Assembly: GCA_030390025.1 (NCBI GenBank)
Contig: CM059432.1
Coordinates: 125,552,001 to 125,616,000, forward strand
Length of the DNA stretch: 64,000 bases
Direction: 5' to 3'
Source of the DNA: Squalus acanthias
Lineage: Eukaryota
In this document: piece by piece, positions 1-11,854 of the stretch
Numbering within the stretch: position 1 is the first letter of the stretch
Layout: every line of letters starts with the position of its first letter
Program-made: the position numbers and the translations under genes
The notes under the pieces: generated by a model
Databases searched by the model: none
What the model was told of the DNA's origin: nothing
Seen by the model: only the letters and a program-made list of their open reading frames with translations

Positions 1-339
1 ATCCAATCTTTATTTCCCTCTCTTTATTTCTCTTTCTGTAACTGATTTGACATTGAATTCACCCACTCTAAGTTACACTTGCTTCTCAGCCCTCGTGCTG
101 TTAATTTCACAATCCTTCACTCTGATTGGTTAAGGAGATAAACAGTCAATTGCCCGGTTCACTCGGGTCCCAGATTCCTTGTTCCCTCGCTGCGATGTTA
201 TCAGCTCTCACTATCAACAATTTGCCACGCAAAAAATTAAAAAACCTAAATGGGCAAGTCTAACTAATGGCAGACACCGTTAAATGCCTTGCTACAGCAA
301 AATTTGGCCCATTATACATTCCATCCAAACAGGTTTGGT

Positions 340-358
340 AGGCCACTAGAGGGCACCA
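340..358 (+). promoter_or_regulatory. Candidate CTCF-binding site
   Basis: AGGCCACTAGAGGGCACCA matches the CTCF core CCASYAGRKGGC. Confidence 0.55.
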
Positions 359-409
359 AATGCATTTGAATTACAAACAATCAAAAAAGAATTGCTTCCA
401 ACTTCCACC

Positions 410-1445
410 CCTCCTTTACATTCACATGGTACATCTCTGACTTCCCTTCCTCGATTTTATCTCCTTTTCTTAGGATAGACCGTCCACCAATGTCTACTAC
501 AAGCCCACCGACTCACACAGCTACCTCGAGTAATATATCCTCCTACCCTGCTTCCTGTAGACTATTCCATTCTCCTAGCTTCTCCATCTCAGTTGCGTCT
601 GTTCCGACGATGCCACCAGAGCTTCCGAAATGTCTTCCTTTCTCCTCGGCCGAGGATTCCCCTCCACCGGGGTTGACAGGGTCCTCGACCGTGTCCATCC
701 CATGCACTTCCATCTTCACCTCTTCCATGATAGGATCACCCTTGTCCCCACCCTCCACCCCACCAGCCTTCATGTTCAACGGATCATTCTCCACTATCTC
801 CAGTGCAATGCCACCACCAAAACACATCTTCCACTCCCCTCCCAGCATTCTGAAGCGTCCGTTCCCTCTGCGACCCACCACAGCAGCTGGGGAATTTAAA
901 TTCAATTAAATAAATCTGGAATAAAAAAAACTAGTATCAGTAATGGTGACCATGAAACTTGGATTGTTGTAAAAACCTATCTTGTTCACTAAAGTCCTTT
1001 AGGGAAGGAAATCTGCCGTCCTTACTCTGCGACACCCTAGTTGACTCTTCCATCATCTCCAACACCTGCTCCCTTCCCTCGGCACCTTTCCATGCAAGTG
1101 CAGGAGATGCAACACCTGCCCTTTCACCTCCTCCATTCCCATTGTCCACGGCCCCACTCACTCCTTCCGGGTGAAACAGCAATTTACTTTTATTTCTTCC
1201 AACTTAGTATACTGTATTTGCTGCTCACGATACACTGGAGAGACCAAACGCAAATTGGGTGATCGCTTTGCTGAACACCTCCGTTCAATCTCTAAGGGTG
1301 ACCCTGAGCTTCCGGTCGCTTTAATTCTCCATACTACTCTGACCTCTGTTCCAATGAAGACCAACGCTAGCTCGAGGAACAACACCTCATCTTTCTACTA
1401 GGCACTTTAGGGGCTTCTGGCCTTAATATTGAGTTTAACAACTCT
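410..1445 (+). mobile_element. Decayed Penelope-like element, family A (RT C-terminus + GIY-YIG), interrupted by a SINE fragment at 875-1024
   Basis: NLVYCICCSRYTGETKRKLGDRFAEHLRS; homologous to 10640-11085. Confidence 0.85.
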
Positions 1446-1604
1446 GAGAGAAAATGAGTGGTTCTGGTCTAGACAGCAGGTGCAGGTCATGGAGGATGGC
1501 TGCAGCAGAACCATTGAAGTGGAGGAGGTGTGGGCTGATATTCCCCAACACAGCTGGCAGGGTGGTCCACACCCCTGGGGTCTACCTGCCTTTCTTCCAC
1601 CATC

Positions 1605-2006
1605 GGGAACGGTAACATCGTGGTTATGTTACTGGACTAGTAATCCAAAGGCCTGAACTAACGATCCAGAGACATGAGTTCAAATCCCACCACAGCAACT
1701 GAGGAATTTAAATTCAATTAATAAAATCTGGAATAAAAAAACTAGTATCAGTAATGGTGACCATGAAACTTGAATTGTTGTAAAACCTATCTTATTCACT
1801 AATGTCCTTTAGGGAAGGAAATCTACTGGCCTATATGTGACTCCAGACAATGTGGTTGACTCTTAACTGCCCTCTGAAATGGTCTCGCAAGCCACTCTGT
1901 TGTATTCAAGAAGGTGGCTCACCACCACCTTCTCGAGGGCAATTAGGGATGGGCAATAAATGCTGGCCTTGCCAGCGACACCCATATCCTGTAAATGAAT
2001 AAAAGA
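1605..2006 (+). mobile_element. tRNA-derived SINE composed of the 5'UTR and 3' tail of the LINE at 13340-16553
   Basis: B box GTTCAAATCC 1678-1687; 1620-1904 matches LINE 16550-16266; 1905-1990 matches LINE 13436-13345. Confidence 0.85.
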
Positions 2007-2039
2007 AAGGATATTTCTCTTTCCTAGATTTTCCATGCT

Positions 2040-2205
2040 TCCCTCATCACTAAAACACATTGGTCATTATCACATTGCTGCTGTGCGCAAATTGTCTGCC
2101 ATGTTTCCTACATTACAACAGTGACTACACTTCAAAAAGTACTTCATTAGCGCTTTGGGGCATTCTGAAGTTGTGAAAGGTGCTATACAAGGCAAGCTCT
2201 TTAAT
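2040..2205 (+). mobile_element. DeuSINE (SacSINE1/AmnSINE1-like) 3' part
   Basis: CACATTGCTG...CTACATTACAACAGTGACTACACTTCAAAAAGTACTTCATT...AAAGGTGCTATACA L2-type tail. Confidence 0.75.
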
Positions 2206-2265
2206 TCCTCTGCTATTCTTCTGTAACTATTTACACCTCCTCTGGACCCACCTTTTGTTTCTATA

Positions 2266-2720
2266 TAACAACAGAAAACGCTGGAAAAACTCAGCAGGCC
2301 AGGCAGCATCCGTGGAGAGAGAAAGAGAGTTAACGTTTCAGGTCGATGACCTTTCATCAGAACTGGGAAGAGCCGGAAATCAAATAGATTTAAGGCCAGG
2401 GTAAAGCTGGGAAAAGGGGGAGGGGATAAAGGAACAAAGGGGAAGATGAAGAGACATTAAGAGACATTAAGAGATATGCAAGGCTAGAGGTGGTGTAAAT
2501 GTGACAGATTAAGGCTGAATGAAGTGTGAAATCCACTGGCAGAATGAAGGACAGCTGCCAGCTTCTAGGAGGAAAAAAAAGGTGGGGGGGGACAAATAAA
2601 AGGGTGGATAAAATAAAATATAAATGTGATTGGAGCTGAGGTATGATCTAAAATTGTTGAACTCGATATTGAGTCCAGAGGGCTGTAGCGTGCCTAAACG
2701 AAAGATGAGGTGCTGTTCCT
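2266..2720 (-). mobile_element. Young Penelope-like family A 3' end/pLTR, inserted antisense in an older related copy (2222-2265 + 2721-2965, + strand)
   Basis: Near-identical to 63482-63936; encodes GIY-YIG end (TLQPSGLNIEFNNFRS); carries a hammerhead. Confidence 0.85.
2328..2364 (-). ncRNA. Minimal type I hammerhead ribozyme (family A)
   Basis: AGTT-CTGATGA-A-AGGTC-atc-GACCT-GAAA-CGTT-AACT. Confidence 0.8.
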
Positions 2721-3289
2721 TGTCTCAGCACTTCATTTTACCTTGCACCATCGTCACTGGTCATTTAATCACAGACCTTTCCCTTTTGTTCTTTCCCTGC
2801 CCCTTTTCCTTGGCTCTGCACTTGCTTAAAAGCTGTTCATCACTAAAACACATCCCTAACATCTGCCAGTTATGATGAAAGGTCATCAACTTGAAACGTT
2901 AACTGTTTCTCTCTCCGCAGATGCTGGCTGACCTGCTGAATGTTTCCAGCATTTTGTTTCTGTTTTTTTTTAAATGGGGACAGGGAAATAAACCAAGAGC
3001 ATTAAAGGGCAGTCCTATGGGATTCAATTAACAATGAACTGTTTTACATTATCAAACAATCACATCAAAATCCAAAGAATGTTCACAGTATCGTATTTCT
3101 CTCAGCCTCTCCTGTTCACTCCCTGCACCTTCCTCAGACCCAATCTACAGCTTGCTCCAAGAACTATGCATCCATCACACCACAATAGTATACAGAGTAA
3201 AAGGAAGCAGAGATACCGACTGAGCTCAACATCAGAAAATAAAAGCATTTTTACATTAGAGTGTTGTTAACAGCAGGCACACATTACTC

Positions 3290-3616
3290 CTATTGTCTAT
3301 AGTAGTCGGTAGTATAAAGACCCAACCTCACTTCGGAACAGACACAGAACATTTTGCGGGGGAAGGGGAACAGCCAGAAGTCGTGGTCCATATTGGAACC
3401 AATGATGTAGGTAAGAAAAGTGTTGAGGTCCTACAGACAAGAGTTTCAGGAGCTAGGGAGGAAGCAGGTCCTCAGGAGCAGGACCTCAAAGGTAGCAATC
3501 TCTAGATTACTCCCAGTGCCACATGCTGAGTATAGGAACAGTAAGATAAAACAGGTTAATGCTTGACTGGAGAAATGGTGCAGGAAGGAGGGCTTCAGAT
3601 TCCTTGGGTATTGGGA
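3290..3616 (+). mobile_element. CR1 LINE ORF1 fragment (SGNH esterase-like)
   Basis: EGEQPEVVVHIGTNDVGKKS motif. Confidence 0.75.
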
Positions 3617-4311
3617 CAGGTAGTTTGGTGAGGACGAGGCCAAGTAGGTTTTTCCCTCGTGTTGGTTCTCTCACCACCTGTCGCAGGCCCAGACTGGCAG
3701 CTATGTCCTTCAGGACTCGGCCAGCTCGGTCAGTAGTAGTGCTACCGAGCCACTCTTGGTGATGGATATTGAAGTCCCCCACCCAGAATATATTCTGTGC
3801 CCTTGCTACTCTCAGTGCTTCTTCTAAGTGGTGTTCAACATGGAGGAGTACTGATTCATCAGCTGAGGGAGGGCGGTAGGTGGTAATCAGCAGGAGGTTT
3901 TCTTGCCCATGCTTGACCTGAAGCCATGACACTTCATGGGGTCCGGAGTTAATGTTGAGGACTCCCAGGGCCACTCCTTCCCAACTGTATACCGCTGTGC
4001 CACCACCCCTGGTGGGTCTGTCCTGCCGGTGGGACAGGAAATACCCAGGGATGGTGATGGAGGAGTTTGGGACATTGGCTGAAAAGTATGATTCTGTGAG
4101 TATGACTGTCAGGCTGTTGCTTGATTAGTCTGTGGGACAGCTCTCCCAATTTTGGCACAAGTCCCCAGATGTGGGTGAGGAGGACTTTGCAGGGTCGACT
4201 GGGCTGGGTGTGCCGTTGCCGTTGCCGTGTCCGTAGCCGGTGCCGAGGTCGATGCTGGGTGGTCCGTCCGGTTTCATTCTTATTATTGTGTTTCGTAGCG
4301 GTTAGTTACAA
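3617..4311 (-). mobile_element. Fragment (ORF start + APE endonuclease) of the tRNA-headed LINE family
   Basis: Highly similar to 15617-16270; CKVLLTHIWGLVPKLGEL, YRPPS, WVGDFNIHH. Confidence 0.9.
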
Positions 4312-6100
4312 TCTATATTAATGACTTCGATGAAGGGACCGAGTGCAATGTATCCAAGTTTGCTGATGATACAAAGCTAGGTGGAAAAGTGAGATGTGAG
4401 GAGGACGCAAAGAGCCTGCAAAGGAATATAGACAGGTTAAGTGAGTGGGCAATAGGGTGGCAGATGGGGTAATGTGAGGTTATTCACTTTGGTAGGAAGA
4501 ATATAAAAATAGATTATTTTTTAAATGGTGAGAAACTATTAAATGTTGGTGTTCAGAAAGATTTGGGTGTCCTAGTACAAGAAACACAGAAGGCGAAATC
4601 TTACCTTTCAGGCTGAGTTCGAGGCGGGACTGCTGGTTTTCGGGTTCCAGCCCCGCCCCCAGCGACGTCTGACGAACAGACGCTATTTTCCCCTGATTGG
4701 CCTTGTTAAGCCCGCCCTGCAGGCTTACCGGCCAATTAAGGGAAAGCCGGTGTCAGATGACATCAGTTGATGACACTTCATCTGCCGGTTTTCTTAAAGG
4801 TATATGCACCACACTTGTTTGACAAATAATTTGACAGTGTTTGACAGCATTGAGGTGCTGTCAAACACTGACAATCACTGTCCAAAGGTGAGCCCTTGCA
4901 CCCAGGCGCTCCAATTACTCTCTCCTTAGGATAAAACAGATGGCAGCTGCAGCTGAGATTGCAGAAGCCATCTGTCACTTCTCCCGATGCGAAAAACATC
5001 TAACCACATTAAAAATAACTTTCAAATCATTTCCTTACCTCTGATACTAACCATTGTCACTTTGCATCCTTCAGACCACTTCTGCAGCTGTCATCCAAAC
5101 ACCAACATAACAACAGACCCACAGCACGCCTCACTTACCCTGGCGAGGTTCCCCGATGTCGGGAAGCCTGCAGCAGCAGTCGAAAAATTGGAAAAAGCCT
5201 CTTAACTGCCTGTTAACTACCTGTTAACAGGCAGTTAAGTGGCTATAGTCCTCTTCCCGCCGCTAGGAGTCGGGTCCCTGCGCAAATCGGGGACCCGACT
5301 CCCAGGAAGATTGTATGGAGGCGGGTTGGGAGTGGGTTCGGGACCCGCTCCCATTCTTTTTGACTTTCCCAGCAGTCCCGCCTCTAAACCCGCCTCCTGA
5401 GGGCTGGTAAAATCCAGCCCAGAGAGTTAGCATGCAGGTACAACATGCAATTAGGAAGGCAAACGGCATGTTGGCCTTTATTGCTGGAGGGTTGGAGTAC
5501 AAGAGTAAGGAAGTCTTGCTACAATTGTACAGGGCTCTGGTGAGACCACACCTAAAGTACTGTGTATAGTTTTGGTCTCATTATTTAAGGAAGGATATAC
5601 TTGCTTAGAGGGGGTGCAACAAAGGTTCACTAAATTGATCCCTGGGATGAGAGGGTTGTCCTATGAGGAGAGATTGAGTAGATTGGGCCTATACTCTCTG
5701 GAGTTTAGAAGAATGAGAGGTGGTCTCATTGAAACATATAAGATTCTGAGGGAGATTAACAAGGTTGATGCTAAGAAATTGTTTCCCCCTGGCTGGAGAG
5801 TCTAGAACTAGGGGGCATAGTCTCAGGATAAGGGGTTCAGCCATTTAAGACTGAGATGAGGAGGAATTTCTTCACTCAGAGGATTGTGAATCTTTGGAAT
5901 TCTCTGCCCCAGAGGGCTGTGGATGCTCAGTGGTTGAGTATATTCAAGGCTGAGATCGATTTTTGGACTCCAGAGGAATTAAGGGATATGAGGATAGGGC
6001 GGGAAAGTGGAGTTGAGGTCAAAGATCTGCCATGATCTTATTGAATGGTGGAGCAGGCTCGAAGGGCCATATGGCCTACTCCTGCTCCTAATTTTTATGT
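4312..6100 (+). mobile_element. CR1 LINE RT 3' part, split by a MITE
   Basis: IYINDF/SKFADDTK, LEGVQQRFTKLIPGM, CR1 3' tail GGCCTACTCCTGCTCCTA. Confidence 0.9.
4591..5420. mobile_element. Non-autonomous DNA transposon (Harbinger-like MITE)
   Basis: Imperfect TIRs AGGCGAAATCTTACC / GGTAAAATCCAGCCC, AGA on both sides, cleanly interrupts CR1. Confidence 0.65.
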
Positions 6101-6104
6101 TATG

Positions 6105-8740
6105 TTCACCTGTATCCCTAGATCCCTTTGCTCTTCTATCCCATTCTTATTTTCTAATGTCTAGATTATGTTCCTGTTTTTCCTACCAAAGTGCATCTCC
6201 TCATATTTATCTATGTTAAAGTTCATTTTCCAATTAACTGCCCAGTCTGCAAGTTTTCTAATGTCTTCTTGTATTATGTTGCATTCTTCCTCAGTGTTGG
6301 CTATACCCCCAGTTTGGTATCATCTGTGAATTTTGATACTGAGTTACTTATTCCTGAGACCAAATCATTCATGCAAATTATGAATAGCAGTGGTCCCAGC
6401 ACTGAGCCCTGTGGAACTTTCCACCCTCCTCCAATCTGAATAGCTATCTTTTACCCCTACTCTCTGCTGTCTATGTTTTTGCCAATTTGCTATCCATTCA
6501 GCTATTTGTCTCCTGACCCCACATTTTCCATTGACCCCTAGCCTCTACAGCTTTTCGGGAGAGAGTGTTCCAGATTTCCACTACCCTTTGTGTGAAGTGC
6601 TTTCTGATATCACCCTTGAACAGCCTAGCTCTAATTTTAAGGTTATGCCCTCTTATTCTGGACTCTCTCACCAATGCAAATAGTTTTTCTCTATCTACCC
6701 TATCAAATTCTTTAATCATGAACACCTCAATTAATCTTCTATATTCAAGGGAATACAAGCCCAGTCTATGCAACCTGTCCTCATAATTTAACCCTTTTAG
6801 CCCAGGTATCATTCTGGTGAATCTGCACTGCACTCCCTCCAAAGCCAATATATCAGTGCCCAGAACTGTATGCAGTACTCCTGTTGGGGTCTGACCGGAG
6901 CTCTGTACAGCTGTAACATAACTTCCAACCCTCCTGAAAAATTCCAACATTCCATTAGCCTTTTCAATTATTTTTTGTACCTGTCTACTAGCTTTTAGTG
7001 ATTTCCGTACTTGAACCCCTAAATCTCTCTGCTCCGCCACAGTTCCTTGCTTTTCGCCATTTAGAAAATACTCTGATCTATCTTTCTTAAGTCCAAAGTG
7101 GATGACCTCACGCATTCCCATATTAAACTCTAGCTGCCACAGGTTTGCCCATTTTATCTGTGTCCCTCTGCAACTTTCTGCTCCCACTTACACTATTTAC
7201 TGTGCCACCTAAAAGTGTTACATCAAGTGTACAGCACATAAACTAGCCATTCGGCCCAACTGATCTATGCCGGCGTTTATACTCCACTTGAGCCTCCTCC
7301 CACCCTACTTCATCTAACCCTATTGGCGTATCCTTTTATCCTTTCTCCCACATGTGCTTATCTAGCTTCCCCTTAAATGCATCTATGCTATTTGCCTCAA
7401 TTACACCTTGTGGTAGCCAGTTCCACATACTAACCATTCTTTGGGTAAAGAGATTTCTCTATTGGATTTATTGATGACTATCTTATATTTATGACCTCTA
7501 GTTTTGAACTTCCCCACAAGTGGAAACATTTTCTCTACGTCTACCCTATAAAACCCTTTCATTACCTTAAAGACCTCTATTGGTTAACCCCTCAGCCTTC
7601 TCTTTAATTTAGAGAAAAGAGTCCCAGCCTGCTCAACCTTTCCTGATAAGTATAACCTCTCAGTTCTGGTATCATCTTTGTGAATCATTTTTGCACCTTC
7701 TCCAGTGCCTCTGTATCCTTTTTATAATATGGAGATCAGAACTGTGCACAGTACTCCAAATGTGGTCTAACCAATATTTGATACAAGTTTAACATCACTT
7801 CTCTGCTTTTCAATTTTACCTCTCTAGAAATGAACACTAGTGCATGGTCTGCTTTTTATATGGCCTTATTAATCTGTGCCGCTACTTTTAGTGATTTGTG
7901 TATCTGTACCCCTAGATTCCTTTGCTCCTCTACCCCAATCAGACTCTTATTATCCAAGCAGTATGTGGCCTCCTTATTCTTACCAAAATGTTTTATAGCC
8001 AGCTTGCTATCCATTCTACTTGTTCCCTGACTCCATATGCTCTGACCTTAGTCATGGGCAATGTTCTCTCATTTTTATTTTAGGTGCGCGGTCCTTTTAA
8101 ATTTGCTGCATGGCCGCGCATGCGCAGTATCTTTTCCAGTGGAATGGCTGGTGAGCGGCCTGCAGGGGACCTCCCGATTGCTGCACGGCTGCTCGCCCAC
8201 GCATAGGGGGAACGTTGGTCATGTGTCTACTATGTGGTACCTTGTTGAAGGCCTTTTGAAAATCCAAATATATTACATCTCCTGCATTACCCTTGTCTAC
8301 TATTTCTGTTACTTCAAAGAATTCAATAAGGTTGGTCAAGCATGACCTTCCCTTTTGAAATCCATGCTGATTACTCTTTATTATATTTTCGGTTTCTAGA
8401 TGTTTTTCTATCACATCTTTGAGTAAAGATTCCATTATCTTTCCTACCACTGACGTTGAGCTAACTGGTCTATAACTCCCTGGACTTGTTCTATATTGGA
8501 ATAACATTAACTGTCCGCCAGTCCTCTGGCACTGCTTCCTTTTCTAGTGAATTGTTATGTATATGTAATAGTGCCTCTGCTATCTGTTCCCTAATTTCTT
8601 TTGATATGCATGGATGCAATCCATCCAGACCAGGGGTTTTATCCTCTATGTTTGATTAGTTTATCAATTATCTTCCCCCTTTCTATCTTGAGTGTCTTAA
8701 TCTAATGTCATGCCCATCTTGTTATTTTCCCTGGTAAATA
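6105..8740 (-). mobile_element. Cluster of nested, decayed CR1 fragments
   Basis: ORFs 6498-7187 and 8097-8507 with CR1 RT motifs (NQHGFQKGRSCLTNL, YLDFQKAF). Confidence 0.85.
8059..8217. mobile_element. hAT-type MITE, 159 bp
   Basis: TIRs CAATGTTCTCT / GGGGAACGTTG; 8-bp TSD GTCATGGG (8051-8058) / GTCATGTG (8218-8225); interrupts CR1. Confidence 0.75.
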
Positions 8741-10587
8741 CTGAAAAGTAGTCACTGCTGTTATATAGACAAATGCTGCAGCCACTTTGCAATTCATCAA
8801 ATGAAATGAATGACCAGTTTTAGTAGTGTTGTTAAAGGGAGAAGGTTAACCAGGACAATTGTGTGCTCTTCCACAAATACCGTTGTGGGATCTTTTACGG
8901 TGGAGTGGGCATCGGTTTCACGCCTCAACAGAACAAAGTTTATACAGTTCCCACCACTTATAGCGGGCATGTTTGTGCAAATGCAATTTGCCTGTACACG
9001 ATGGCCAGTGTAACATGACGGATGAGATCCTAGAGGTGGAGGGCAACGCGGCGCGGGACCGTGCTATCTTCACGGACTGAGAACTTCCTGGCTAATATCT
9101 GGGTTACTTTCCAAAGGTTCATATTTATCTGTATAACTTGCACTGCTTCGCGAGGTAAATAGAAAAAAAGAATCCTGACAAGTGTCATTACTTTCAAGTA
9201 CATTTTATCACAATTTAATATTTTTAAAGCATATATACTTTATTTATGTATGCTTGTTTGTAATTTAATCATCCGGACCCAGCCAAAAACAAGGCAGTTT
9301 ATTAATGATTAATAGTGTACTATGCAACTCTAAAGGGAGGTTTAATTTATATGGCAAAACCTAATAATTTGAATGCAGGCAAATAGTAAAACCACTGTGC
9401 CTTGAAGAAAATGCAATAATTCAACTTAAGTTTAGTATCAGAAACACCATTTTCAGAAATGCAATTAGTGAATTGTTTCTGCCCAAAGAGCACTTAAGAC
9501 GCTATAACCGGAAACTTTGCAATTGACATTAATGCAATTGGGCAATGGTCATCGCTTTTTGCGCAATATAAGTGACTGCCCATTTTAAACGTGAAATTTT
9601 AAGTGGCAGGGACTGGGGACTGTACCACTAAAACTTCAAGTGTCTCTACAGTTAGGGGATGAGAGGCAGTGTTTCTATTCCTGATTATTATCGAGTGACC
9701 CCCATGATCATTATTCAGCGCATGAATGGGTGCGGATGTGAGGTGAGAATAGGATTAAGTTTGGCTGCAATGCTGTTGACAATAGCCTGCCAACACTTAT
9801 AACCACTGACTTGGCAGGGAAGCTATTTTACTCCCTGCATTGTTAAAATTGTGGAAGTAATGCTGCAAAAAGTAAGGAACACCGTGGCATTATTCACTGC
9901 AAGTCAGAGGATACTGTTTTATAAGGACAGGAGCATTATAGCATGTACTGTGCAATGTATTGTAGTATACAGCTACATTTAACTTTACCACAACGTCTAA
10001 TTGCTGCATGTTCCTGAAGTCAGTTTAAGACTAGTTGCTCCTACAAATATCCCAGTCATTTAGAGACCAGAAAACAGGAAGTGACTGGCTTTCTTTCAGA
10101 AGAGTGGTATTGAAACTTGCATGTGTGACAAGTGTGATACCTGAATTGTTATGAACACATCTCAAAACATATTTAAAATTTGTGTTGTGACTGTCACTCT
10201 CTAGAGGGTTAAGTCAGTCAGACTATTGTCAGTAGAAAAAAAACTTTTGCACCAGAATTCAGTCTACTATACATTTTCTTTTTAAATTAGTCTTCTCTGA
10301 ATGTGCTTGCAGTGTATATTAGTCCTGCTCTCCATGTATTATGTAAGTCAGCACCTACATCAAAGCTCACATATAAAGGTCAATTTGTCAAGGTATTGGA
10401 GAGCTGTCACCACCTGGAAACATCTACTCCAGCACCTTAAGGAGAAAATGGAGATTTAAGTTAGGTGGGCCCTGTGGTCCAACCTCTCACATGAAGGATG
10501 ACCACTTCAGTGAGCTGCTCGCACCTGTGATACCATACCTCAATGAGTCACCTCAAAAGGCAAACTGAAGGACAATACAATCATTTA

Positions 10588-11092
10588 GGTGGGGGGGGGG
10601 ACAAATAAAAATAAAATATAAATGTGATTGGAGCTGAGGTTATGATCTAAAATTGTTGAACTCGATATTGAGTCCAGAGGGCTGTAGCGTGCCTAAACAA
10701 AAGATGAGGTGCTGTTCCTCGAGCTTACGCTGCGCTTCCGTGGAACAGTGTAATAGGCCGAGGACGGTGAGGTCAGAGTGGGAGTGAAGCGGTGAATTAA
10801 AGTGACAGGCCACCGGGAGCTCGGGGTCCCCCTTACGGACTGAACGGAGGTGTTCCGCAAAGCGGTCACCCAATCTGCGTTTGGTCTCCCCAATGTAGAG
10901 GAGTCCACATCGTGAGCAGCGAATACAGTATACTAAATTGCAGGAAGTACAAGTAAATCGCTGTTTCACCTGGAAGGGGTGTTTGGGGCCCTGGACAGTG
11001 GGAAGAGGGGAGGTATAAGGGCATATGTTGCATCTCCTGCGCTTGCACGGGAAGGTGCCGGGCGAAGGGGAAGGGGTGCTGGGGGTGGTTTT
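10588..11092 (-). mobile_element. Penelope-like family A, GIY-YIG endonuclease C-terminal fragment
   Basis: CKRRRCNICP...NLVYCIRCSRCGLLYIGETKRRLGDRFAEH...PVACHF...GLN. Confidence 0.92.
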
Positions 11093-11854
11093 GAATATCA
11101 TTTTGAATATCTACCTTCTTACTTAATCTAATGTACATTTACTTGGAACATTAGTTTTAACATACCTGAAGAGTTAAAACTGCTAATGATTAAACTTTAA
11201 TATCAATGTCCACACAGCATGCAGACAATATTCCTGCCAAGTACACGGAACACAATGTAGAATGATTTTGGCCATTTAAAATGATCTCTCTCCTATTCTG
11301 CCACTCCTGGAAGAGACATATTTCCTGTCAGTGATAGTAATAGGGACAAAGATGCAGCAAAAGGTTTACGTAAGGATGTTAACTGCATAAATCCATAAAA
11401 CACATTGAACATTGTATGAATGTAAAGTATTTCTTATTGGTCGAAATGTTTTACAGAAATATACACAATGCACAAGAGAACGAGGAGAGAGATTGATTTT
11501 CTTTTTGCTTGGAAAAAAAACTATCCAGAAATTCAAATTGAGCAATTTAAATAAATCAGCACAGGAGAGGTGTTTGCTCAGAAAAGAAAATTGAATTGAC
11601 AAATAATCTGAATTAAGGAGTGAAAAATTGGAGCACATGTGGGAGACAATGCAGTGCAGAGCACCAAGACTGACCCCAAAGGCAAAAGGAATGAGCTACA
11701 AGGAATGAAGCTTAACACTCTTGAAAGCAGGTAGTTACGAGAGGCAAAGGCTAGCTCATTGAGGTGTGTAAATTTTAAGTGGTATAAACAAATACCGGTT
11801 GTTTGAAGGCAGAATATACTTCAAATTAAGGTTGAAAAACAGGACCACCGTAGT

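Noticed and set aside
1605..1695. tRNA genes here and at 41546-41605
   Set aside because: The A/B boxes run straight into SINE bodies and no intact cloverleaf is evident.
2866..2905. Hammerhead in the older Penelope copy (also remnants near 62844 and 63232)
   Set aside because: Core is mutated (ATGATGA) or truncated; probably inactive.
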